The position numbers were made by a program, and so were the translations under genes. The notes below the pieces were generated by a model. The model did not search any database. It saw nothing but the letters and a program-made list of their open reading frames with translations, and was not told where the DNA came from. DNA of 59,667 nucleotides from a bacterium (GTDB lineage: Bacteria; Acidobacteriota; Blastocatellia; HR10), in the NCBI GenBank assembly GCA_041640655.1, contig JBEPZV010000012.1, positions 1 through 59,667 of the forward strand, given 5' to 3'. Positions 51,205 to 59,667 of this stretch are shown here, in pieces (position 1 is the first letter of the stretch; each line of letters opens with the position of its first letter).

Positions 51205-51472
51205 CAGCTCTCATACGAACAGGCGTCCCCCTCCACATGCGCGGACTCATCGCAGAGCCGCCGGGATGACCTCCGTCCGGGTCCCCTCTTCCCTCGTGGT
51301 GCTCTGCACGGAGAGGAGTCCATCTCGCCCGATTCCGAGAGATGGTTCGCCCCGCCCACACGACTCCCTCCCCGTCAAAAGAGGCCAACGGTTTCCCTTC
51401 ACTTCCGAGAAGGAGAACCACACACCGGGAAGAATGCTTCTCAGGGAGACGACCCCACATTCCTGGGATCGT

Positions 51473-52669
51473 TCAAGCGGTCGGCGCGTATCTTCGAAGA
51501 AAGCGATCGTAGAGGCGGCGGAGCTGCAGGCGCGGATTCGCGAGGAAGTCTTCCGGAGCGATGTCAATCCACGCGAAGTCCGCGTGGGGGGGATGACGCG
51601 GGACGCCGCTCCAGGAGCGGACGACGTCAACGGTGGGTTTAGGCGTGCCGTCGGCGCGCCAGAGGCCGAAGAATCGTTCATGAGGGGCCTCATCAAAGGG
51701 CGGGCGAGCACTGAGCTCCGGCGCATAGTCGCTGTAGCACCAGAGCAAGGCACCGATGAATCCGAAGCGGTGCAGGAGCGCGAGGGCTTCGCCTGTGAAC
51801 CGTGCGGCTTCTTCTTCCTCAAGCAGAGGAATCCGCGAGAGCGGCCTCTCGTGAGCGGGGCGCGTGGGCGCACCGAATTCCTCAAACAGCAGATCGCGAC
51901 CGTCGCCCAGCCAGCGGGTGATGAGGCCGAGAAAAGGGAGGAGCCAGGCGTCCGTCGGCCCGCGCGCCCAATCGGCGTAAACCGGATAGCCGTGCATCGA
52001 GAGCAGATCACAGGCGCGCGCGACTTCAGCCGGCCCCAGGTGCCGATCCTCCTCCAAGTCCTCCATGTGAAGGCCCAGCGTGATCGGATGGGAGGAACTG
52101 GCGGCGCGAATCTCCGCGACCATGCGCTCGAGCCACACCAGGCCGGACTCGCGCGAAGGGGGGATCGCGCAATTTGAGGGTTCGTTCCCCAGGTCCCATC
52201 CCCAGAGGGCGGGATGCCCACAGAGTGCGCTCGCGACATGGCGCGCGAGTTGAGCTTGAGCCTCCATGAGACGCGAATCCCCATACCAGTTCTTCGGACG
52301 AGCCGCGACGACGCGATCACCCGCGATCGTCCGAAAGCGCGAAGGACGATCGCTCGGCTCGCACGCCCACAAGGGCACCCAATTGGCACCGCTCATATGG
52401 CCGGTGAAGAGGGTGGGCAGGAGTTGCAAATGGTGGTGCGCGGCCAGATCGGCAACCACGCGCAGCCGTTCGATCGCCTCCGGTGCGATGCGCCCCGGCG
52501 CGGGCTGAAAGTCCTCCCAGAGGAGGAAGAGGCGAACCAGATCGAATCCGGCTTCTCGAAGGCGGGCGAAGTCGCGCTCGACCTCTTCGGCCTCGAACGC
52601 GCGCCACCAGGACATGGCCCGGCGCGCGGGCCAATAGTTGATGCCGAGTCGAAACGCACCCTCCGTCAT
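51473..52669 (-). CDS. Clan GH-A glycoside hydrolase (GH5-like beta-mannanase/mannosidase)
   Basis: GINYWP, W.DFQP, GHMSG, LGNEP acid/base, HGYP and EEFG nucleophile motifs. Confidence 0.82.
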   Translation of the reverse strand: MTEGAFRLGINYWPARRAMSWWRAFEAEEVERDFARLREAGFDLVRLFLLWEDFQPAPGRIAPEAIERLRVVADLAAHHHLQLLPTLFTGHMSGANWVPLWACEPSDRPSRFRTIAGDRVVAARPKNWYGDSRLMEAQAQLARHVASALCGHPALWGWDLGNEPSNCAIPPSRESGLVWLERMVAEIRAASSSHPITLGLHMEDLEEDRHLGPAEVARACDLLSMHGYPVYADWARGPTDAWLLPFLGLITRWLGDGRDLLFEEFGAPTRPAHERPLSRIPLLEEEEAARFTGEALALLHRFGFIGALLWCYSDYAPELSARPPFDEAPHERFFGLWRADGTPKPTVDVVRSWSGVPRHPPHADFAWIDIAPEDFLANPRLQLRRLYDRFLRRYAPTA

Positions 52670-52679
52670 GGCTGCCGCT

Positions 52680-53699
52680 TCAGCGCGAACCGCGCTGTTG
52701 AAGGATCGCCTCGTAGACGCGCAAGTATTCCTCCACCATGCGATCGCGGCTGAAGTGCTCAGCGACATGCTGGCGAATGCGCGCGCGATCGAGTTCGGGC
52801 ACGCTCCGGACAGCCTCGACAGCGTCTTCGATGGTCTCCACGATGAATCCGGTTTCGCCGTGTCGGACGATCTCCGGGACGGCGCCGCGTCCGCGGGCGA
52901 TCACCGGCGTGCCGCAGGCCATCGCCTCGATCATGCTCAGGCCGAAGGGCTCCTCGAAGTTGATCAGGTGCAGCAGGGCCAGCGCGCGGCCCAGTACTTC
53001 GTCTCGACGATCTGGCCCGACCGAGCCGATGTATTGAATCTGACCCTCGAGCTTCGGCGCGACTTCGCGCTCGAAGTACGCCGGATCCTGGATGATGCCC
53101 GCGATGACCAGCGGCAGACCCGTGCGCCGGGCGACCTCAATGGCTTCGGCCGTGCCCTTCTCATGATGAATGCGGCCGAAGAAGAGCAGGTACTCCCCCT
53201 GCTCGATCCGCAGAGTGAACTCCTCCAGCGGGATGCCGTGGTGGATCGTCGCGATGTAGTCGAGCTGCGGGCGGCGATCGGCTTGGCTGATGGCCACGTA
53301 GTAGGTCCGCCCGTTGTACTTCTCGTAGACGGGCAAGATGCGTTCGGAGGAGAAGCCGTGGATCGTCGTCAGCACGGGGGTGCGCACGAGCCCGCTGTAG
53401 GTGAGGGGGAGGAAGTCGAAGTGATTGTGGATGAGGTCGAACTCGTCGGCGCGCTCGAAGACGGCGGAGATGTGGAGGCATTCCCAGACCTTCGGGTCGA
53501 GCGTGGGATCCTCCGAATACGGGCGCGGGCAGACGGCCACCAGCCGCGCGCGGGTGATCGAATCAGCTGTGGCGAAGAGCGTGACGTCCACGCCGCGTTC
53601 GACCAAGCCCTCGGTCAGCAGTGAGACGACGCGCTCCCACGGGCCGTAATGCCGCGGGGGGACGCGCCAGGAGATGGGGGCGAGCATGGCGATGCGCAT
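52680..53699 (-). CDS. GT4 glycosyltransferase
   Basis: VPPRHYGPWE, GRIHHEKG and EPFGLSMIEAMACG motifs. Confidence 0.92.
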   Translation of the reverse strand: MRIAMLAPISWRVPPRHYGPWERVVSLLTEGLVERGVDVTLFATADSITRARLVAVCPRPYSEDPTLDPKVWECLHISAVFERADEFDLIHNHFDFLPLTYSGLVRTPVLTTIHGFSSERILPVYEKYNGRTYYVAISQADRRPQLDYIATIHHGIPLEEFTLRIEQGEYLLFFGRIHHEKGTAEAIEVARRTGLPLVIAGIIQDPAYFEREVAPKLEGQIQYIGSVGPDRRDEVLGRALALLHLINFEEPFGLSMIEAMACGTPVIARGRGAVPEIVRHGETGFIVETIEDAVEAVRSVPELDRARIRQHVAEHFSRDRMVEEYLRVYEAILQQRGSR

Positions 53700-53701
53700 C
53701 T

Positions 53702-54655
53702 TCAGCCTCCTTTCAAGAGCCAGTCGAGCATCTCGCGCACCTGACCGATGGCGAGGGCGATCGAGGTGTCCGCAGCGCCGTAGTAGAGGCGCAACTCGCC
53801 GGTCTTGGGGTCGAGGATCGCGCCGCACGGGAAGACGACGTCGGCCACATCGCCCACGCGCTCATAGGGCGCGTCAGGGCCGAAGATCCATTCATCGCTG
53901 CGGCGGATGACGCGGCGCGGGTCCTCCAGATCGAGCAGGGCCAGACCGAGGCGGTAGAGACATCCGGCCGGTGTCAGGCGCACCCCGTGATAGATGATGA
54001 GCCAGCCTTCGGGCGTCTCGATCGGTGGGGGCGACAGCCCGATCTTGTTCGCATCCCACCAGGCGCCTTGCCGCGCTTCGAGCAGAACGGCATGATCGCC
54101 CCAATGCTTGAGATCGGGCGAGAACGAGATCCAGATGTTCGCCCGCGTCGTCGGATATGTCGAGATGGGGCGATGGATGAGCGCCCATCGTCCATGGAAC
54201 CGTCGAGGGAAGAGCGCCGCGTCCTTATCCTCCGGCGGCATGATCACCCCTCGACGCTCGAAGACCCGGAAATCGCGCGTGAGGGCCAGCGAGACCAAGG
54301 GCCCGCTCGTCGAGAACGCGGTGTACGTGATGGCGTAGCGCTCCAGCTCCTCAATCCAGGTGATCCGCGGATCCTCAATCCCCCACACCTCCTCGGGATA
54401 GTGCTCCGGATCCGGCAGGAGCGTCGGCTGCGGATCAATCTGCCAGTTCGTGATCCCATCCCGGCTCCGAGCCACAGTCAGGTGTGAGATGCCGCGCCGA
54501 TCCTCGACGCGAACCAAAAGCAACGTCTCGCCGCTTGGCAGAAGCGTCGCTCCGGCGTTGAAGACACTGTTAGCCGGATAGGGCCAATCGGCTGTCGTGA
54601 GAATCGGATTGCCCTCGTAGCGTCGCAGGAGCTCGTGAAATTTGTTCTTCTTCAT
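53702..54655 (-). CDS. GH130 mannoside phosphorylase/glycosidase
   Basis: NPIL, FNAGA, RVED, GIEDPRI, DKDA.LFP, HRP and YYGAADT motifs. Confidence 0.9.
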   Translation of the reverse strand: MKKNKFHELLRRYEGNPILTTADWPYPANSVFNAGATLLPSGETLLLVRVEDRRGISHLTVARSRDGITNWQIDPQPTLLPDPEHYPEEVWGIEDPRITWIEELERYAITYTAFSTSGPLVSLALTRDFRVFERRGVIMPPEDKDAALFPRRFHGRWALIHRPISTYPTTRANIWISFSPDLKHWGDHAVLLEARQGAWWDANKIGLSPPPIETPEGWLIIYHGVRLTPAGCLYRLGLALLDLEDPRRVIRRSDEWIFGPDAPYERVGDVADVVFPCGAILDPKTGELRLYYGAADTSIALAIGQVREMLDWLLKGG

Positions 54656-54765
54656 GAGCGTTCCTCCCTCGCGCGAACGTGAGATGCGCGCACTCGGATG
54701 TGCGACCGATTTAGATGCGAGTGGATGAGGACGCGATGGTCGTCCGGAAAAGGCGACGCGCATAG

Positions 54766-55731
54766 TCAGCAGGGAGCTTCAGGCGGAGTCTCCGAGGGGC
54801 AGCGCTTCAGGTGTTCCAGGACCTCGTCGAGCGCGGCCGTGGCCAGACACACGGTCGTATCCGCGGCGCCGTAGTAGAGGCGCAACAGGCGGGTGGAGCG
54901 TTCGAGGATCGCCCCCGTGGGGAAGACGACGCCGGGGACATCACCTCGGCGCTCGTAGTCCTCATAAGGGGCGAAGACCCACGTCTCGGTCCGGCGGATG
55001 ACCTTCCAGGGATAGTCCAGGTCCAACAGCGCGAGTCCGACGCGATAGAGGCTGCCGGAGGCCGTCACCCGCACGCCGTGATAGATGATGAGCCACCCCT
55101 CGGGCGTTTCGATCGGCGGCGGGCCCAGCCCCACGCGGTGCGCATCCCACCAGCCGGGCCGAGCCGGAATCAGAATCTGATGCTCGCCCCAGTAGCGCAA
55201 ATCGGGCGAGGTGGAGATCCAAATATGCGCCTCACCCCGAATGATCGGCCGATGTAGCAGGACGTATCGGTCCCGGATCATTCGGGGGAAGAGCGATGCA
55301 TCCTTATCCTCCGGAGGCAGAAGCGGGCCGACGCGCCGGAAATCCCGAAAGTCCCGGGTCAGCGCCAGGGAGATGAGCGGCCCACCGCGAGAGAACGAGA
55401 CATAGGTGATGGCGTACTCCTGCCGTTCCGGGAGCCAGACGATGCGGGGGTCTTCGATCCCCCAGCATTCCTCCTTGTAGCGCGCATCAGGTTCGAGCGT
55501 CGGCCGAGGCTCGATCCGCCAGTTGGTCCGTCCGTCTCGACTGCGTGCGAGCGTCAGGTGCGAGAATCCCCGCAGGTCTTCGACGCGGACCAACAGGAGC
55601 GTCTCCCCCTCGTGCTCGATCGCTCCTGGATTGAAGACGGCGTTGGCCGGATAGGGCCAATCCGCCGGGGTGAGGATCGGGTTCCCCTCATAGCGGCGGA
55701 AGAGCAGCGATGGGGCGCGCCATTCCATCAT
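54766..55731 (-). CDS. GH130 mannoside phosphorylase/glycosidase, tandem paralog
   Basis: Same motif set as 53702..54655. Confidence 0.9.
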   Translation of the reverse strand: MMEWRAPSLLFRRYEGNPILTPADWPYPANAVFNPGAIEHEGETLLLVRVEDLRGFSHLTLARSRDGRTNWRIEPRPTLEPDARYKEECWGIEDPRIVWLPERQEYAITYVSFSRGGPLISLALTRDFRDFRRVGPLLPPEDKDASLFPRMIRDRYVLLHRPIIRGEAHIWISTSPDLRYWGEHQILIPARPGWWDAHRVGLGPPPIETPEGWLIIYHGVRVTASGSLYRVGLALLDLDYPWKVIRRTETWVFAPYEDYERRGDVPGVVFPTGAILERSTRLLRLYYGAADTTVCLATAALDEVLEHLKRCPSETPPEAPC

Positions 55732-58098
55732 CTACTCGAACGCGAGCAGGGTCCGTCCCTCCGCATCCGCGGCCGCGGAGAATCGGGTCTCCGTGGATTC
55801 CAACGCGATGGGCGCCATTCGAAGGCCTTCGCTCCGCTGCGCCTCTTGCTGAGCGACCGTGAGGAAGGCGAGCATGCAGCAGATCGCCGACTCCGCCCCC
55901 TGGTTCATGCTCGGGCCTTGAGGCTCCAACCCATCGGCGCACGCGCCCGTGCTCAGATCATAGAGCCGGGCGCCAAGCCGATTCCGCCCGAGCAACCACT
56001 CGGCCGCCGCGCGCGCCAATTCCAGGTAGCGTTGCTCTTGCGTCAACTTGAATGCCGTCAGGCAGGCCTCGGCCGTGTACCCGGCTTCAATCGGCTGCTG
56101 ACTGAAGATCGCGCGTTCGCCCCCGCGCCGATACCACCCCTGGTTCCCGATGAAATCGAAGTAGTCGTTGTGATAGGTCTGTGCGATCAGGAAATCCAGG
56201 GATTCAAGGCCAACGCGTTTGAACTCCTCCTCCCCCGTCGCGCGATAGGCCAGCAAGAGCGCCTGCGGGATCTTCGCGTTCCCGTAAGTCAACGCATCCT
56301 GGAACCAGAGCCAATCCTCCGCCCGATTCTGGACGTAAAGCTCCAGCAGTTGCGTCGCCAACTCCGTCAACCGACGGCGGACTTGCGCCGCGCCATCATA
56401 GCGGAGCAGGAAGTTGTAGAGGCCGCAGATCGCATAAGCGATCGCCCGGGGATGCTTCAGCGCCAGTTGGGGAAACGCGCGTTCGAACATCTCGCGGGCG
56501 AGGGCGCGCATCCCCTCGTTCGGGCTGTAGGCGATGGCCGCGCCCAACCCCCACAGAGCACGCCCGAGCGTATCCTCCGATCCCACGTCATCAGTGAAGC
56601 GGCGCGTGTAGTCCATGAAGTTGTGGAAGCGCCCGTCCGGAAGCTGCGCGTAGTGCAGGAAGCTCAGATATCGCACGGCCAGAGGGAGCGCCGCCTCATC
56701 CCCGAATTGATGATGGTGCAGCAACGTCACGACCAGGGCCCGACCGACATCGTCGGTCGAATAGCCATAGCGCCGATCCGGAATGCCGTAGGTCGCGTGC
56801 TGGATCAATCCGGTATCGTCGGTCAAGCGGATCAGGTGGTCGAGCTTGATCTCCGGCAGCTCATAACCCGCGCTGAAGGCCTTACGGAGCGAGAGCGTGA
56901 TGGCCTTGGCCGGGGCATAGGCCGAGATCTGCTCAAAGAGCGCGAGATATTGCTTGCCGACTTCGGGCCAAATCATCTGCCGTCCGAACTCATAGGCCCG
57001 CTTGCGCATTTGATGACGCAGGGGCTCGTTCTCGATCAGCTCCAAGAGCGCCTGCTGCAGCCCCCTCACGTCCCCGAACTCCACGAGCCGCCCCCGGTTC
57101 TCGGCCAACAGCTCCTCGGCGTAATAGTACGGGGTCGAGATGACGGCCTTCCCCATGCCGATGGCATAGGCGAGCGTCCCGCTCACGACCTGCTCCTTCG
57201 ATTGATACGGCGTGATGTAGATGTCGCACGCGCCGATGAATTCGCACAGCTCGCTCAGCTCCACGTACCGATTGAAGAAGAGGACGTGCTCCTCCAACCC
57301 CAACTGCTGCACGCGCCGCTGGAGGAAGAGGCGATATTCCTCACCTTCCTTCCGCTTCACAACGGGGTGCGTCGCACCGAGCACGATGTAGACGACCTCG
57401 GGATGGCGGGCTACAATCTCCGGCAGCGCCTCCAGCACCATCTCGATCCCCTTGTTACGATTCAAGAGGCCGAAGGTGAGCAGCACCAGTCGTCCCTCGA
57501 CGCCGAACTTATCCTTGTAGTAGTTCGGATCCACGAAGGGGACATTCGGGACGCCATGATGGATGAGGCTGACCTTCTCCTCGCTGACGCCATAGACGTC
57601 CCGAAGGATGGGAATGGCCTTGCTGTTCATCACCACGAGATGATCCGAAGCACGGGCGATCTGCCTCAAGACCTCCCGGTAGCCCGGCGGCGGGTTGAAG
57701 AGGACCGTGTGCAGCGTCGTCACAATCGGTTTGCGCAGCGACTCCAAGAAGTCGAGAACATATCGGCCCTGCTGCCCACCGAAGATCCCGAATTCGTGCT
57801 GGAGGCAGAGGACGTCGGCGCCGGAGAGGTTCGTATACTCCGCCGCCAGCCGATAATCGCTCAGACGATTGTGCCGGATCTCGAAGACGACCTCCGGGGG
57901 ATAATCGTACCCCTCTGGCGTGTCCGTCATCGCGATGACGGATGCCTGCACGCCCGGATGATGCTCGAGGATCGCATGGCAGAGGTCATACGTGAACGTC
58001 GCGATCCCGCATTCGCGCGGCGGATACGTGCCGATGAAGCAGACCTTCAAACGCCGCTTCCCCTTTTTGCGCGTTCTGGCCGTGTGCGCGGAAGCCAT
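55732..58098 (-). CDS. GT4 glycosyltransferase fused to a six-hairpin glycosidase-like C-terminal domain
   Basis: YPPRECGIATF, QHEFGIFGG, SGTLAYA; C-terminal TDDTGLIQHA, Y.TDD..RAL, QQPIEA and NQGAES. Confidence 0.88.
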   Translation of the reverse strand: MASAHTARTRKKGKRRLKVCFIGTYPPRECGIATFTYDLCHAILEHHPGVQASVIAMTDTPEGYDYPPEVVFEIRHNRLSDYRLAAEYTNLSGADVLCLQHEFGIFGGQQGRYVLDFLESLRKPIVTTLHTVLFNPPPGYREVLRQIARASDHLVVMNSKAIPILRDVYGVSEEKVSLIHHGVPNVPFVDPNYYKDKFGVEGRLVLLTFGLLNRNKGIEMVLEALPEIVARHPEVVYIVLGATHPVVKRKEGEEYRLFLQRRVQQLGLEEHVLFFNRYVELSELCEFIGACDIYITPYQSKEQVVSGTLAYAIGMGKAVISTPYYYAEELLAENRGRLVEFGDVRGLQQALLELIENEPLRHQMRKRAYEFGRQMIWPEVGKQYLALFEQISAYAPAKAITLSLRKAFSAGYELPEIKLDHLIRLTDDTGLIQHATYGIPDRRYGYSTDDVGRALVVTLLHHHQFGDEAALPLAVRYLSFLHYAQLPDGRFHNFMDYTRRFTDDVGSEDTLGRALWGLGAAIAYSPNEGMRALAREMFERAFPQLALKHPRAIAYAICGLYNFLLRYDGAAQVRRRLTELATQLLELYVQNRAEDWLWFQDALTYGNAKIPQALLLAYRATGEEEFKRVGLESLDFLIAQTYHNDYFDFIGNQGWYRRGGERAIFSQQPIEAGYTAEACLTAFKLTQEQRYLELARAAAEWLLGRNRLGARLYDLSTGACADGLEPQGPSMNQGAESAICCMLAFLTVAQQEAQRSEGLRMAPIALESTETRFSAAADAEGRTLLAFE

Positions 58099-58163
58099 AG
58101 GAGTGCTCCTTGTAACCGGCGAGATGTCGCATGGGGAATTTTAGCCGGGGGGATGGAGATGGG

Positions 58164-58934
58164 TCAAGACACGGACTCGCTCACCGTCATTTCGCACGGC
58201 ACGGAGGTGACACCGGCCATATCGAGCAGCTCGCGGGCGCGGCGGAAGATCGTCTCGAACATCGGTTCGGTGAGCCTCCCCGTGAAGGTGTTCTGCTGGC
58301 TCGGATGGAATGAGGCGAGCAGCGTCAGCGTCGGTGTCAGTGCCAGCTCCAGTCCGTGCCGGAAGCGTGGACGCGCGCCCGGCCTCTTCGCCTCCGGTGG
58401 ACGCAGAGTGCTGGTCGTGCGAAGCACGGTCAGATACGCGATCTGTCCCAAGGCGACGACGACGCGCACGCTTTTGAGAAGCGCCCACTCGCGCTCGAGG
58501 AAGATGCGGCAGTTCCGCAGCTCCTCAGTCTGCGGCTTATTCTGCGGGGGCGCGCAGCGAAGGGCGGCGGTGATGTAACAGTCGCGAAGTCGGAGACCGT
58601 CCTCGCGATGTCGGGATTCGGGACGATCGGCGAAACCGAAGCGATGGAGCACGCGATAGAGCCATTCTCCGCTCCGATCACCCGTGAACATGCGCCCGGT
58701 GCGATTCGCCCCATGAGCCGCCGGGGCCAATCCCACAATGAGGAGGCGGGCGTGAGGGTCTCCGAATCCGGGGACGGGTTTAGACCAGTACTCCCACTCG
58801 CGATATCGTCGGGGCTTGTGGCGCGCGACCTCTTCTCGCCATGCTACGAGGCGGGGACAGCGGCGACACGCCACGATCTCCGCTTGAAGCTCGGCGAGCT
58901 TCTGCTCCACCAGCGAAGCGCACGCTTCCATCAC
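58164..58934 (-). CDS. udgB: Family 5 uracil-DNA glycosylase
   Basis: CRRCPRL, GLAPAAHGANRTGRMFTGD, CAPP.NKP and HPSQQN motifs. Confidence 0.92.
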   Translation of the reverse strand: MMEACASLVEQKLAELQAEIVACRRCPRLVAWREEVARHKPRRYREWEYWSKPVPGFGDPHARLLIVGLAPAAHGANRTGRMFTGDRSGEWLYRVLHRFGFADRPESRHREDGLRLRDCYITAALRCAPPQNKPQTEELRNCRIFLEREWALLKSVRVVVALGQIAYLTVLRTTSTLRPPEAKRPGARPRFRHGLELALTPTLTLLASFHPSQQNTFTGRLTEPMFETIFRRARELLDMAGVTSVPCEMTVSESVS

Positions 58935-58937
58935 CGT

Positions 58938-59339
58938 TCAGACATACTCGGCCGGAACGACACGCCACTCCGCAGGCGGGCGATCGGGCGTATCGGGCAA
59001 TCTCACGCCGTGGCGGCGCTCCCACTCTTCGGTCGGGACCATGTCAATGGCGTCCCAGGGACAGCCATCCAGGAACGTCCCATCGGGCCCTTTGCTCGTG
59101 CACTTGGCGCAGCCGATGCAGAGCGTCTTGTCCACCTCGATCCGCCCGAAAGGCGGATGCTCTTCATCGGGCACCCAGAACATGCAGGCCTCGACCGGAC
59201 AGTACTCGACGCACACGGGTGTGCCCGCGCATCCGGTGCAGTTCTCATTGATGACGGCCAGGAGTTTCGGCTTCCGCTTCCGCAGATCGGTGCGCCCGTG
59301 CGACATCGGGGCGCGTTTCTCGATGAGGACCGTGCTCAT
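58938..59339 (-). CDS. 2x[4Fe-4S] ferredoxin-like protein
   Basis: CTGC-x5-C-x3-CP and CIGCAKC-x12-CP; AAGGAGGT RBS. Confidence 0.85.
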   Translation of the reverse strand: MSTVLIEKRAPMSHGRTDLRKRKPKLLAVINENCTGCAGTPVCVEYCPVEACMFWVPDEEHPPFGRIEVDKTLCIGCAKCTSKGPDGTFLDGCPWDAIDMVPTEEWERRHGVRLPDTPDRPPAEWRVVPAEYV

Positions 59340-59382
59340 GATCACCTCCTTCTCGAACCCCGCCGCCAGTGCACTGAAGACA

Positions 59383-59667
59383 CTATGGTACGGCATGAGC
59401 GCGCTCTCCCTCAAGCTCGGGGAATAGCCCCGAAGCCTGCAAGATGGCGCGAATCTCCGCGCGCATCTTCTCATCGGGCGCAGGGAGCGGCGAGCGCGGC
59501 GGCCCGCCATAGAATCCGAGCAGGTCCAGAGCCGCTTTCAATCCGCTGATCCCGAACTGCGTGGTGACGGCGCGCGCCACCGGCAGCAGCTTCAGTTGCC
59601 ACGCCGCGGCTTGCGCCGCATCCCCATCGCGCGCCAGGCGCATGATCGTCAAGCACGCCTCCGGAGC
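59383..59667 (-). CDS. Dihydrodipicolinate-synthase-family aldolase, C-terminal part
   Basis: GISGLKAALDLLG..GG.PRSPL C-terminal motif; truncated by the window edge. Confidence 0.75.
   Translation of the reverse strand, partial: APEACLTIMRLARDGDAAQAAAWQLKLLPVARAVTTQFGISGLKAALDLLGFYGGPPRSPLPAPDEKMRAEIRAILQASGLFPELEGERAHAVP

Noticed and set aside
51205..51472. Intergenic gap as a riboswitch or sRNA
   Set aside because: It lies between convergent 3' ends and I recognise no conserved RNA motif; an Rfam search would be needed.
55558..58578. 1006-aa plus-strand ORF and similar long ORFs (360..1745, 5501..6544, 45153..46880, 46468..48177, 48337..50133)
   Set aside because: These are antisense shadows of well-supported genes, expected in GC-rich DNA, with no recognisable motifs.

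Overview
A GC-rich bacterial chromosome window. Gene content and order suggest a thermophilic diderm, probably Acidobacteriota/Blastocatellia-like (inference): yicC-gmk-coaBC-UDG, an Oar-type TonB receptor, TolB-N/Ser-Thr kinase, and family 4 and 5 UDGs. Most of it is housekeeping or metabolic: glgB, mgtE, fabI, three tRNAs (Gly-GCC, Cys-GCA, Gln-CTG), an exopolysaccharide mini-cluster and a NamZ fusion. Five accessory elements stand out. (1) A tnpB-only IS200/IS605 element at 5505-6591 whose ends, TAM (TTCAT), guide sequence and empty site can be read from the sequence; its TnpB carries an in-frame internal deletion, and it sits between the RBS and ATG of an alkyltransferase-like gene. (2) A decayed island at tRNA-Cys with integrase, PIN and ATPase fragments plus a coiled-coil-repeat PD-(D/E)xK protein. 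(3) A TetR-controlled HcrCAB-like molybdoenzyme with Gln at the usual catalytic Glu position. (4) A Tat M24 / amidohydrolase / TonB receptor operon. (5) A GT4-GH130-GH130-GT4-GH5 cluster resembling beta-mannoside phosphorylase loci. No CRISPR array or rRNA was seen. All family calls come from motif recognition by eye, not database searches.
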